From positions 36,171,090 to 36,235,089 of the forward strand of contig NC_083435.1 of the NCBI RefSeq assembly GCF_020745735.1: a stretch of 64,000 nucleotides of DNA, read 5' to 3'. This DNA is from Hemiscyllium ocellatum (taxonomy: Eukaryota). Positions 25,286-37,444 of the stretch are shown piece by piece; positions within the stretch are counted from its first letter, which is position 1, and every line of letters starts with the position of its first letter. The notes under the pieces are model-generated. The model searched no databases. It saw only the letters and a list, made by a program, of their open reading frames with translations, and had not been told where the DNA came from. The translations under genes and the position numbers were made by a program.

Positions 25286-25564
25286 TTCAGCCTGAAGTGT
25301 TCATCTCCAGGAGGGAGCCCAATGGTCAGGACAAGCCGCTCACTCTCTCCTGCCTGGTCACTGGGTTTTATCCTGTAGACATCGAGGTGACCTGGCTAAG
25401 GAATGGAGAGGTCATGTCTGGGACCCAATCCTCAGGGGTACGACCGAACCACGATGGGACCCATCAGATCCAGAAAGAGATTGAGATCAATGCTGGGAAT
25501 GAGGATCAATACTCCTGTCAAATTGAACACAGCAGCCTGGCAGAGGCCCAGCTCTATCAGTGGG
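25286..25564 (+). CDS. Gene B alpha3 exon (279 nt)
   Basis: cacag| acceptor, G|GTAAGG donor; CLVTGFYP, WLRNG, YSCQIEHSSL. Confidence 0.95.
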
Positions 25565-26555
25565 GTAAGGGACTGGAGAGTGTGTGTGTGTCTGTGTGTG
25601 TGTGTGTGTCTGTTTGTGTGTGTGTGTCTGTGTGTGTGTCCATTTTTTTTACAACACCTAAACTTTTAAAACTATGAACATACTTTGATAGCTCTTTCTG
25701 AGATTGACCTTAGATTTTCTGAGACTCACACTTCCCCAGACTGGGTACAATGATGGTGGGTGGAATTCCCTCTTTTAGTAAGGAGGGGAGGTGATGACGA
25801 GGTGGTATTATCACGAAACTATTAATCCAGAGACCTGAATAACATCCTGGTGACCTGAGTTTGTATTCAATATGTTAGATGGTGGAAGTTGATTTGAATG
25901 AAAATCTGGAATTAAGAGTCTAATAATGACAATGAAACCATTGTTGTGTAAACCTGTTTGGTTCATGAATTCCCGTTTGGGTGGAAATCAGCCGTTCTCA
26001 CCTCCATGTGACTCCAGACATACAGCAGTGTGGGTAACTCTCAACTGCCCTCTGACCAATTAGGATTGATTTATAAATGCTAGACCAGACAGTAACACTG
26101 CTGTTTATGATTTATAGAAATTACGTAAAGTTAAATGTTCGAGGGTTATTCAGTAAGTTCTCAGATGATATGAAATGAGTGGTGGGACATAGTGAAGAGG
26201 ATAGCCTTCGATTACAGGAAGATATAGATGTTCTGGTCAGGTGGGCTGATCAGTGCCAAATGGAATTCACTCTGAATAAGGCGAAGATGATGCACTGGGG
26301 CAGGACAACCAAGGCAAGGGAATACATGATGGATCCTGGGAAGCACCGAGAATCAGAGGGCCGTTGATGTGCCTGGTCACTGGTCCCTTAAGGTATTAGG
26401 ACAGGGAGATGAAGTGGTTAAGAAGGCATGTGTTACACTTGCCTTTTATTAACTGCGTCATAGATTTGAAGATAAAGGAAGTTACACCGGACATGTGTCA
26501 AAACTTGGTTATATCACAGCGAGATTATTGTATACAGTTCTGGAATCCATATTAC

Positions 26556-26790
26556 GGCACGGTGGCTCAGTGGTTAGCACTGCTGCCTCACAGTTCCAGG
26601 GACCCAAGTTCGAATCCCAAGTCGGTGGCCTGTCTGTGTGGAGTTTACACTTTCTCCCTATTTCTGTGTGGGTTTCCTCTGGGTGCTCCAGTTTCCTGCC
26701 ACAGTCCAAAGATGTGCAGGTTAGGGTGAATTGGCCATGCTAAATTGCCCATAGTGTTAGGTGCATTAGTCAGAGGGAAATGTAGGGAAA
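26556..26790 (+). mobile_element. HE1/V-SINE-like SINE
   Basis: GGCACGGTGGCTCAGTGGTTAGC...GTTCGAATCCC pol III A/B boxes. Confidence 0.85.
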
Positions 26791-27267
26791 TGAACAAAGA
26801 ACAAAGAAAATTTACATCACAGGAACCGGCCCTTCGGCCCCCCAAGACTAAAAGTGTTGCTCAATTCTTCAGCATCTGTATCCCTCTGCTCCCCACCTAC
26901 CCATACATCTGTCCAGACGCACCTTAAATGAATCTATCGTGCCTGCCTCTACCACCTCTCCTGGCAACGCATTCCAGGCACCTACCACCCTCTGTGTGAA
27001 GTATTTGCCGCATGTATCCCCCTTAAACTTTTCACCTCTCACCTTGAATGTGTGACCTCTCGTTATTGAATCCTTCACCCTGGGAAAAAGCTTATTCCTA
27101 TCCACCCTGTGTATACCCTTCATGATTTTGTAGACCTCAATCAGGTCCCCCCTCAATCTCCTTTTTTCTAATGAAAACAATTCTAACCTACTCAACCCCT
27201 CTTTATAGCTAGCACCCTCCATACCAGGTAACATCCTCATAAACCTTCTCTGCACCCTCTCCAAAGC

Positions 27268-27387
27268 TGAAAATGTGTTGTTGGAAAAGCGGAGCAGGTC
27301 AGGCAGCATCCAAGGAGCAGGAGAATCGACATTTCAGGCATGAGCCCTTCTTCAGCTCTGATCTCCAGCATCTGCAGTCCTCACTTT
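27268..27387. mobile_element. Single-arm derivative of the 12243 palindromic element, 15-bp TSD
   Basis: TSD CACCCTCTCCAAAGC at 27253-27267 and 27388-27402. Confidence 0.85.
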
Positions 27388-27943
27388 CACCCTCTCCAAA
27401 GCGTCCACATCCTTTTGGTAATGTGGCGACCAGAACTGTACACAGTATTCTAAATGCGACCGAACCAATGTCATGTACAATGTTAACATGACCTGCCAGC
27501 TCTTATACTCAATACCCCGTCCGATGAAGGCATGCCTTCTTGACCACTCTATCCACCTGTTCAGCAACCTTCAGGGTACACTGGACCTGCACTCCCAGAT
27601 CTCTCTGCTCATCAACCTTTTCCAAGACTGTTCCGTTTACAGTATATTTCGCTCTAGAATTAGACTTCCCAAAATGCATCACCTCACCTTTGTCTGGATT
27701 GAACTCCATCTGCCACTTCTCCGCCCAGCTCTCCAGTCTATCCATATCCTCCTGTATTCTTTGACAGTCCCCTATGCTTTCTGCTACCTCACCATTCTTT
27801 GTATCTTCTGCAAAATTACTGATCAGACCAACTATGTCCTCTTCCAGATCGTTTATGTATATCACAAACAACAGTGACCCCAGCACTGACCCCTGTGGAA
27901 CACCACCGGTCACCTTTCTCCATTTGGAGCAACTCCAGTCTTC

Positions 27944-28284
27944 CAGTCTCTCGGAAGACTTCGCGACGGCTGGTGGGTAAGTTTGGTCGCTTATTTATTA
28001 GTTAAAAATTTAAAGTTTTCCTTTTAAAAAAGCGGTAGCAGACCCGGAAGGCGCGCTAGGTTACCTGGGTAAGGTTTTTTTTTCTCTCCCCTTATTTAAA
28101 CGCGGGCTCCGAGTTTTAGGCCTCAGTCTCTCGGAAGACTTCGCGACGGCTGGTGGGTAAGTTTGGTCGCTTATTTATTAGTTAAAAATTTAAAGTTTTC
28201 CTTTTAAAAAAGCGGTAGCAGATCCGGAAGGCGCGCTAGGTTACCTGGGTAAGGTTTTTTTTTCTCTCCCCTTATTTAAACGCG
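27944..28284 (+). repeat. Tandem duplication (180-bp period, 161-bp matched block) in the CR1 5'UTR
   Basis: 27944-28104 versus 28124-28284, one mismatch seen. Confidence 0.95.
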
Positions 28285-28455
28285 TAGGCGAGTCACCCGA
28301 GGCACTACACGAGTAGTGCCTCCCACCCTTCCACCTCCTCTAACCTAATAATAAGACCAATTGTGACTAGCGGGTAAGTGCTGCATTTTCCTTGTTTGTT
28401 TCTTTAGATTTAGTTGGTTTTTGTTTTTTTTTAAGGAAAGCTTACTTTTAGAGGG

Positions 28456-29382
28456 ATGGCAGTGCAGAGAGGGCAATGTTCCTCTTGCAACATGTATGAG
28501 GTGAGGGAAGCCATTAGCGTCCCTGCTGAGTACACTTGCAAGAAGTGCACCCATCTCCAGCTCCTCCAAACCCGTGTTAGGGAACTGGAGCTGGAGTTGG
28601 ATGAACTGCGGATCATTCGGGAGGCAGAGGAGGTCATAGATCGGAGCTATAGGCAAGTAGTTACTCCGAAAGTTCAAGATAGATGGGTGACAGTGAGGGG
28701 GAGTGGGAGGAGGAAGCCAGTGCAGGGACCCCCTGCGGTCATTCCCCTCAAGAACAAGTATACCGTTTTGGATACTTGTGGGGGGGATGACTTACCAGGG
28801 GCAAGCAACGAGGTTCAGGCCTCTGGCACGGAGCCTGGCCCCGTTGCTCAGAAGGGTAGGGTGGAGAAAGGTAGAGCAATAGTTCTTGGGGACTCGATAG
28901 TGAGGGGTACAGACAGACGGTTTTGTGGGGGCGACAGGGACTCACGTTTGGTATGTTGCCTCCCAGGTGCAAGGGTACGTGATGTCACTGATCGTGTTTT
29001 CCGGGTCCTTAAGGGGGAGGGGGAGCAGCCCCAGATCGTGGTCCACATTGGCACCAACGATATAGGTAGGAAGAGGGGTGAGGATGTAAGGCAGGCTTTC
29101 AGGGAGCTAGGTTGGAAGCTCAGAGTTAGAACAAACAGAGTTGTAGTCTCTGGTTTGTTACCCGTGCCACGTGATAGAGAGTCGAGGAACAGGGAGAGAG
29201 AGCAGTTAAATGCGTGGCTACAGGGATGGTGCAGGAGGGAGGGATTCCGGTTTCTGGATAACTGGGGTCCTTTCTGGGGAAGGTGGGACCTCTATAAAAA
29301 GGATGGTCTACACTTGAACCTGAGGGGCACCAGTATCCTTGGGGGGAGGTTTGCTAGTGCTCTTTGGGAGGGTTTAAACTAA
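28456..29382 (+). CDS. CR1 ORF1p: zinc finger/coiled coil plus SGNH esterase (308 aa, intact)
   Basis: CSSC..CKKC, heptad LQTRVRELELELDEL, GDS, GTND, DGLH. Confidence 0.93.
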   Translation: MAVQRGQCSSCNMYEVREAISVPAEYTCKKCTHLQLLQTRVRELELELDELRIIREAEEVIDRSYRQVVTPKVQDRWVTVRGSGRRKPVQGPPAVIPLKNKYTVLDTCGGDDLPGASNEVQASGTEPGPVAQKGRVEKGRAIVLGDSIVRGTDRRFCGGDRDSRLVCCLPGARVRDVTDRVFRVLKGEGEQPQIVVHIGTNDIGRKRGEDVRQAFRELGWKLRVRTNRVVVSGLLPVPRDRESRNREREQLNAWLQGWCRREGFRFLDNWGPFWGRWDLYKKDGLHLNLRGTSILGGRFASALWEGLN

Positions 29383-32267
29383 CTCCGCGGGGGCATGGGA
29401 ACCAGGACTGTAGCTTTAGGGTACAGGACCTTGAGTGTAGGGAGGCTAGGAATAATGCAGCGATCTCTAAGGAGGGTGCCTGTAACCAGAAAGGTGGATT
29501 GAAGTGTGTATACTTCAATGCCAGAAGTATAAGGAATAAGGTAGGTGAACTTGCAGCGTGGGTTGGTACCTGGGACTTCGATGTTGTGGCCATTACAGAG
29601 ACGTGGGTAGAACAGGGACAAGAATGGCTGTTGCACGTTCCAGGGTTCAAATGTTTTAGTAGGATCAGACATGGGGGTAAAAAAGGGGGAGGCGTGGCAT
29701 TACTTGTCAAAGACAGTATCACAGCAGTGGAATGGACGATGGAAGAGGACTTGCCATCTGAGGTAGTTTGGGCTGAGGTTAGAAATAGGAAAGGTGAGGT
29801 CACCCTGTTAGGTGTTTTCTACAGGCCTCCTAATAGTCCTAGAGAAGTAGAGGATAATATTGCGAGGATGATTCAGGAAAAGAGTGAAGGTAGCAGGGTG
29901 GTTGTTATGGGGGACTTTAACTTCCCAGATATTGACTGGGAGAGCTATAGCTCGAGTTCATTAGATGGGTCGGTGTTTGTACAATGTGTGCAGGATGGTT
30001 TCCTGACACAATATGTCGACAGGCCAACAAGAGGGGAGGCTATATTGGATTTGGTTCTAGGTAATGAACCAGTCCAGGTGTTAGACTTGGAGGTAGGTGA
30101 GCACTTCGGGGACAGTGACCACAACTCGGTGACTTTTACTTTAGTGATGGAGAGGGATAATCGTGTGCCGCAGGGCAAGAGCTATAGCTGGGGGCAGGGA
30201 AATTATGATGCAGTGAGGCATGACTTAGGATGTGTGGATTGGAAAAACAGGCTTCAAGAGAAGAACACTAATGAGATGTGGGGAGTGTTCAAGGAGCAGC
30301 TACTGCGTGTCCTCGATAGGTATGTACCAGTCAGGCATGGTGTAAAGGGCCTTGTGAGGCAGCCGTGGTTTAGTAAGGAATTGGAGTCCCTTGTGAAAGG
30401 GAAGAAGGCGGCATATGTAAAGATGAGGCGTGAAGGTTCAGTAGGGGCGATTGAGAGTTATAAGGTAGCCAGGAAGGAGCTAAAGAGGGAGCTAAGAGAA
30501 GCGAGAAGGGGACATGAAAAGTCTTTAGCTGGTAGGATTAGGGAAAACCCAAAGGCTTTCTATAGGTATGTCAAGAATAAAAGGATGACTAGGGTAGGTA
30601 TCGGTCCAGTCAAGGATAGTAGTGGGAAGTTGTGTGTGGAGGCGGAGGAGATTGGAGAGACATTAAATCAGTACTTTTCATCAGTATTCACTCAGGAACA
30701 GGACACTGTTGCTGATGTGAATATGGAATCACAAATAATTAGAATGGATGCCCTGGAAATATGCAGGGAAGAGGTTTTGGGAATATTGGAAAGGATGAAT
30801 ATAGATAAGTCTCCTGGGCCTGATGGCATTTACCCTAGGATCCTATGGGAAGCTAGGGAGGAGATAGCAGAGCCATTGGCCTGGATTTTTATGTCGTCGT
30901 TGTCAACGGGAATAGTACCAGAGGACTGGAGGATAGCGAATGTGGTCCCATTGTTCAAGAAAGGGAGTAGGGATAGCCCTAGTAACTATAGGCCAGTGAG
31001 TCTGACTTCAGTGGTGGGCAAAGTCTTAGAGAGAATGTTAAGGGATAAGATTTATGAACATCTGGGTAGGAATAACGTGATCAGGGATAGCCAGCATGGT
31101 TTTGTGAAGGGCAGGTCGTGCCTCACAAACCTTATTGAGTTCTTTGAGAAGGTGACCAAGGAAGTGGATGAGGGTAAAGCAGTAGATGTTGTGTATATGG
31201 ATTTTAGTAAGGCGTTTGATAAGGTTCCCCATGGTAGGCTAATGCTAAAACTACGGAGGTATGGCATTGAGGATACATCAGAGGTTTGGATTAGGAATTG
31301 GCTGGCTGGAAGGAGACAGAGGGTAGTAGTTGATGGATTATGTTCATCTTGGAGCGCAGTTACTAGCAGTGTACCACAAGGATCTGTTTTGGGACCATTG
31401 CTTTTTGTTATCTTTATAAATGATCTAGAGGAAGGACTTGAAAGCTGGGTAAGCAAGTTTGCGGATGACACAAAAGTCGGTGGAGTTGTGGATAGTGAGG
31501 AAGGAAGTGGTAGGTTACAGCGGGATATAGATAAGTTGCAGAGCTGGGCGGAAATGTGGCAAATGGAATTCAATGTAGCTAAGTGTGAAGTCGTTCACTT
31601 TGGTAGGAATAACAAGATGATGGATTACTGGGCTAATGGTAGGCTACTTGGTAGTGTGGATGAGCAGAGGGATCTTGGTGTCCATGTACACAGATCTCTG
31701 AAAGTTGCCACCCAGGTAAATAGTGCTGTGAGGAAGGCATATGGTGTACTGGGCTTTATTGGCAGAGGAATTGAGTTCCGGAGTCCTGAGGTCATGTTGC
31801 AGTTGTATAAGACTCTGGTGCGGCCTCATCTGGAGTATTGTGTGCAGTTTTGGTCGCCATACTATAGGAAGGATGTGGAAGCTTTAGAACGAGTGCAGAG
31901 GAGGTTTACCAGGATGTTGCCTGGAATGGTAGGAAAATCTTATGAGGAAAGGCTGAGGCACTTGGGGCTGTTCTCATTGGAGAAGAGAAGGTTTAGGGGA
32001 GATCTGATAGAAGTGTATAAGATGATTAGGGGTTTAGATAGGGTAGATACTAAGAACCTTTAACCGCTAATGGAGTCAGGTGTTACTAGGGGACATAGCT
32101 TTAAATTAAGGGGTGGTAGGTATAGGACAGATGTTAGGGGTAGATTCTTCACACAGCGGGTTGTGAGTTCATGGAATGCCCTGCCCGTATCAGTGGTGAA
32201 CTCTCCTTCTTTATGGTCATTTAAGAGGGCATTGGATAGGCATTTGGAAGTTATTGGGCTAGTATAG
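29364..32267 (+). CDS. CR1 ORF2p: APE endonuclease plus RT; one in-frame TAA at 32061-32063 before the last 68 codons
   Basis: YFNARS, ITETW, GDFN, SDH; PGPDG, DFSKAFD, QGSVLGP, FADD; no in-frame ATG until codon 126. Confidence 0.93.
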
Positions 32268-34619
32268 GTTAGGTAGGATTCGGTCGGCGCAACATCGAGG
32301 GCCGAAGGGCCTGTACTGCGCTGTATCCTTCTATGTTCTATATGTTCTAACTCCCTTCAACTATTAGTCTCTGTCTCCTGTTGCTCAACCAGTTCTTTAT
32401 CCACCTAGCTAGAACACCCTGCACACCATGTGACTTCACTTTCTCCATTGGTTTACTGCGGGTAACCCTATCAAATGCCTTACTAAAGTCCATGTATATG
32501 ACATCTACAGCCCTTCCTTCATCTATCAACTTGGTCACTTCCTCAAAGAACTCTATTCAGATCGTAAGGCACGATCTCCCCCACACAAACCCATGTGGCC
32601 CTAACACTGATAAGCCCATTCTTTACTAAATATAAGTAGATTTTATCCTTCAGTACCTTCTCCAGCAAGTTTCCCACCACTGACGTCAGGCTCACTGGTC
32701 TGTCATTACCTGGAATATCCCTACTACCCTCCTTGTACAGGGGAACAACATGAGCAACCCTCCAGTCCTCCAGCAGCTCACCTGTGTTTAAGGACGCTGC
32801 AAAGATATCTGTCAGGGCCCCAACTATTTCCTCTCTCGCCTCCCTCAGTAACCTGGGTTAGATCCTATCAAGTCCTGGAGATTTGTCCACTTTAATATCC
32901 TTTCGCCTATCCAACACATCTTGCCTCTTCATGTCAACGTGATCCAGAGTAAACAAACTTCTCTCTCTAATCTCATGTCCCTCTCCTCAGTGAACACTGA
33001 TGCAAAGTAATCATTGAGAATCTCACCCACTTTCTCAGGTTCAACACACAACCTTCCTTCCTTATCCTTTAGTGGACCAACCCTTTCTCTAGTTATCTTC
33101 TTGCTTCTTCTATATGAATAAAAGGCTTTGGGATTCTCCGTATTTCATTACCCCTTTTAGCCGCTTGATTACTTGTTTAAGATTGGTCTGACTCTCCCTC
33201 CAAGGCCCATTCTGTTCTAAGCTGCCTGGACCTTATGTACGATTCCCTTTTCCTCTTGGCAAGTTGCATAATTTCTCCGATCGTCCACGGTTCATGAATC
33301 TTCCCTTTCCTATCCCTTGCCTTTAACGGGACATGCCTATCTTCAACCTGTCTTTGAAAGTCTCCCACATCTCAAATGTGGACTTCCCTTCAAGTATCTG
33401 TGTCCAATCCACATTTCCCAGCCTCTGCCTAATTTTGATATAATTGGCCTTGACCCAGTTTAGTACTCTTCCCTTAGGACCACTCTCACCTTTATCTACG
33501 AGTATTCTAAAACTTACAGAATTGTGGTCACTATTCCCAAAGAAAACCCCCCACTGCAATTTCTACCACCTGGCCTGGTTCATTCCCCAACACCAGATCC
33601 AATATGGCTGCTTCCCTTGTCAGACTATTGACATACTGCTCCAGAAAACTTTCCTGGATGCTCCTTACAAAATCTGCCCCATCCAGACCTCTGACACTAA
33701 ATGTATTCCAGTCAATGTTGGGAAAATTAAAATCTCCCATCATCACCACCTTGTTGCCTTTATATCTTTCCATAATCTGTTCACCTATTTGTTCTTCTAC
33801 CTCATGCTCACTGTTGGGAGGCCTGTAATACAGCCCCAACAATGTAACTGAGCCCTTCTTATTTCTCCAACCCACCAATAATGCCTCACTACCCAAACCC
33901 TCCGTAGTGTCCTCCTTTAGCACAGCCGTGATATCATCGCCGACCAGCAATGCAGCTCCTCCCCTGCTTTTACTTCCCTCCCTGTCCTGTCTGAAGCAGC
34001 TATATCCTGGAACATTTAGTTGCCAATCATGCCCTTCCTTCAACCAAGCCTCTGTGATCTCAATAATGCCATACTCCCAGGCACCAATCCAAGCCCTAAG
34101 TCCCTCTGCCTTACCCACAAAACGTCATGCATTAAAGTATATGCACTTCAGGCTGCCAGTTCTTTTGCGTTCATCTGCTGTCTGCCTACTCTTCCCCTTG
34201 GTAATGCTAACTTTATGATCCTTTCAGTCTCAGTTTCCAACTCACTGTCTACTAGTTGTCTCTTCTGGTTCCCAGCCCCCTGTCGCATTAGTTTAAATCC
34301 TCCCCAACAGCAGTAGCAAAAACTCCCCCAAGGACATTAGCTCCAGTCTGGTTCAGATGTAGACCGACAATTTGTAATTGTCCCACCTTCCCCAGAACCA
34401 GTCTCAATATCCCACAAATCTACACCATCCCTCAAGCCCCATGTTCATCCTGCCTATTCTTTCATTTCTCCCCTGGCTAGCACGTGGCACTGGTAGTAAT
34501 CCTGAGATCACTACCTTTGAGCTCCTCCACTTTAACTTCATCTCAATCATTTACTGATATCGTTGGTGCCCATATGGGAGTCCCGTTTTCAGCCACAGAA
34601 CCGCCGATCTAATCTCCTT

Positions 34620-35000
34620 ACACTTGGAAGAAGTGTGTCCAGCTGTAGCTCTTGTTTGACCGTGTGGTGGCTCTGGAAGTGCGGTTGGACTCACTGTGGG
34701 GCATCCGAGACACTGAGGAGGTCGTGGGTAGCACGTTTAGTGAACTGGTCACACCGCAGGTTAGAACTGCTGAGGGAGACAGTGAATGGGTGACCAAAAG
34801 GCAGAAAAAGAGCAGGAAGGCAGTGCAGGTGTCCCCTGCGGTCATCTCCCTCCAAAACAGGTATACCGCTTTGGATACTGTTGGGGGAGATGACTCACCA
34901 GGGGAGGGCAGCAGTTTCCAGGATCATGGCACCGTGGTGGGCACTGCTGTTCAGAAGGGCGGGAAAAAGACTCACAGGGCCATAGTCAGAGGGGATTCTG
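34620..35000 (+). mobile_element. CR1 ORF1 fragment
   Basis: VVALEVRLDSLWGIRD...LQNRYTALDTV...IVRGDSVVRG. Confidence 0.75.
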
Positions 35001-35739
35001 TTGTAAGGGGGATGGGTTCATGGGTTCATATTCCTCGGAGGATCAGTGTGAACATGTTGGGCATAGAACCTGTTTCGACACTGTTGGGATTCTATTTTTA
35101 AAAAATCAAAATAACGAGAGTTAAAGTTTCAAGAGAGTCCATGAGTCCTGATCATCGATGATGCTGCACCACTATCCCTCTCCCACTGCCTCGCCCACTC
35201 TCTACACTGGACCCAACCAACGTTGAAGCTGCCACTCTTCAGGCGCCATCTTGTATATCTGGGCCAATTCTCCTCTGCCACCACCTTGCTGCCACCCGCA
35301 CCGGATCCACCAACATCAGAGTCTCATCTCTCACCATTTAGCCAACCTCATCAATGTCACTGTGAGGCCCTCCCACCACTGTATCTCCATCAAACCAATG
35401 ATGAAGTTACTGATCCTCAGGTGCCACCTTTCGCTGCTGGGCCGACCCGACCAACATCGCCCCCGCTGGGTAGCAGCTGCCAATTCCGATGCCAGCTCCC
35501 CATGCTCGGCCCTGGTAAAGTAAGTTAGCAAGGCTCACTTACCACCATCACAAGGTCCACACTAGGCCCAGTCGAGTCCACACTGGGATACCTTGCTGCT
35601 GCTGATGCTGTCCAAGCTCAGGAAAAGAGGTGAGTACAAACAGAAAGATCAAAAAATGGAAAAGCATTCAGAGGAGATGTGGAGCTATACTCCACCGCCA
35701 TCTTAATGACACATTGTGCCTGTAATTTCTTTTTGATTA

Positions 35740-36140
35740 CATTAGATTCCCAATAGTGTGGAAACAGGCCCTTCAGCCCAAGAGGTCCACACCGACCCTC
35801 CAAAGAGTGTCCACCCAGACCCATTTTTTTGTCTTTATCTTCCTGTCCGGGAGCAGTGGGAGACAGAGCGGAGGTGATGTTGGAGACCATGAACCCATTC
35901 CCCATTACTCTACATTTACCCCTGACTAATGCACCTCACCCACATTCCTGAACACAATAGGCAATTTAACATGGCCACTTTACCTGACCTGCACATCTTT
36001 GAATTGGGGGGAGGAAACCCATGCAGACACGGGGAGAATGTGCAAACTCCACACAGACAGTCGCCTGAGGCTGGAATCGAACCTGGGTGCCTGGCGCTGG
36101 GAAGCAGCAGTGCTAACCACTGAGTCACTGTGCCATCCCC
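35740..36140 (-). mobile_element. HE1/V-SINE-like SINE
   Basis: Same family as 1232-1523. Confidence 0.8.
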
Positions 36141-37336
36141 TTGTTCTTAAAACTAATCAAAATGGTGTCAGATTGTGGTGACAGTGAAAAATCTTCTCAC
36201 TGTATTTTACTGTTTTCTCACTGTAAAATACACATGACAATGAAATCATTCGTTCATTCACGTGATAGGACTGGAGAGGGTGCAGAGGAGATTTACCAGG
36301 ATATGCCTGGTCTGGAGACTCCACCTGTGGGGTGGAGAGATCAATGAACAGGGGGAATAGATTTTATATCAGTCTGAGAACATCCACATTAATACTGAGA
36401 ACGTTCTGAGGAGATGTGAGGAAAAGTGGGAAGTGGGAATCTGGAACTCACTGTCTGTTAGGATGTTGGGGCAGAAACCCTCATTAGCATTTAAGGAGTA
36501 TTTAGATGTGCCCTTTTGATTCTAAGGCTGACAAGGCTATGGCCAAGTGCTTGAAAATGGGATGAGAACAGTTGTTGGTTGTTGTTAACATGATGTGCTG
36601 AAGGGTCTCTCTCTGTGCTGCAGACACCTCTGTCTCTGTGACCCCCACATCCCAGGAGCAGATTAATGACGTTAGTGTGACCAGTGCTTATCGTTCACTC
36701 AACTGAATCTCCACTATACCCCCCTCCAAGAACAGTCTGTCTGATGTGAGGTTTGATGTTCAGGTCACAATGTCATTCTCTGGATAGAGTCTGACCGAAG
36801 GTGCACTTTGCCACTTTGTATTGTAACCCCCTTGAGATAAAGGCCAACACTCTATTAACTTTCTGTGTTTTTTAATGAAACATGCATGAGATTTTTATGA
36901 TGTTTATACATGGCCTTGCTAAATGCATTATATTTAACCTCACAACATAATCTCACAACAGCAGGAAAGGGTTCAGATTTGTCTTCCTCAAATCTAAAGT
37001 GGTTGATTGCACACTTCCCCACATTGGATAAAACTGAAGCAGATGGAATTCACTCATTTACTCTGTTACTGTCCCTTGAGTCCGTCTCTCAACTTAGCGC
37101 CTTCTGTAAACATGGATATTATCCCCCTAGATTGGGACAACACGGTGTTTACACCCCCTTCAATAGGATCTTTAGCGACTTCACTGGAGAGTGAAACTGG
37201 GTGATGGTCAAACCAATGTTAAACCAATCCCATCAAGTCCCAACGGACACGTTCTTTTCAATTGTCTCAAATTGACACGAATTGGGGAGGGATCCAGGAA
37301 CAGAGATAATCCTGATGTTGTTCAAATGTATTTCAG

Positions 37337-37444
37337 AAGTCCTGAAAAACAGTGCAGGATATGCTCATCTTGAAATTGTGATTGGATTAGTCTCTGCAAT
37401 GGCTGCAATATTCGGAATAATCATCTGGAAAAAACCCTGGAAAG
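37337..37444 (+). CDS. Gene B connecting peptide/TM exon (108 nt)
   Basis: tttcag| acceptor, G|GTAAGA donor; IVIGLVSAMAAIFGIIIW then KKPWK; flanks homologous to gene A. Confidence 0.85.

Larger units (their letters stand above)
27937..32348 (+). mobile_element. Full-length young CR1-type LINE with 6-bp TSD (AACTCC) and (TTCTATG)-type tail
   Basis: TSD at 27931-27936 and 32349-32354; 5'UTR, ORF1, ORF2 and tail all present. Confidence 0.95.
26790..34560 (-). mobile_element. Older CR1 LINE (end of ORF1 through ORF2 and tail), host of two later insertions
   Basis: Contiguous ORF2 motifs across 26790-27936 and 32349-34300; ORF1 stop/TTTAAAC at 34288-34297. Confidence 0.85.

Noticed and set aside
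26556-26625. tRNA gene
   Set aside because: tRNA-like A/B boxes are the head of a SINE and continue into the SINE body
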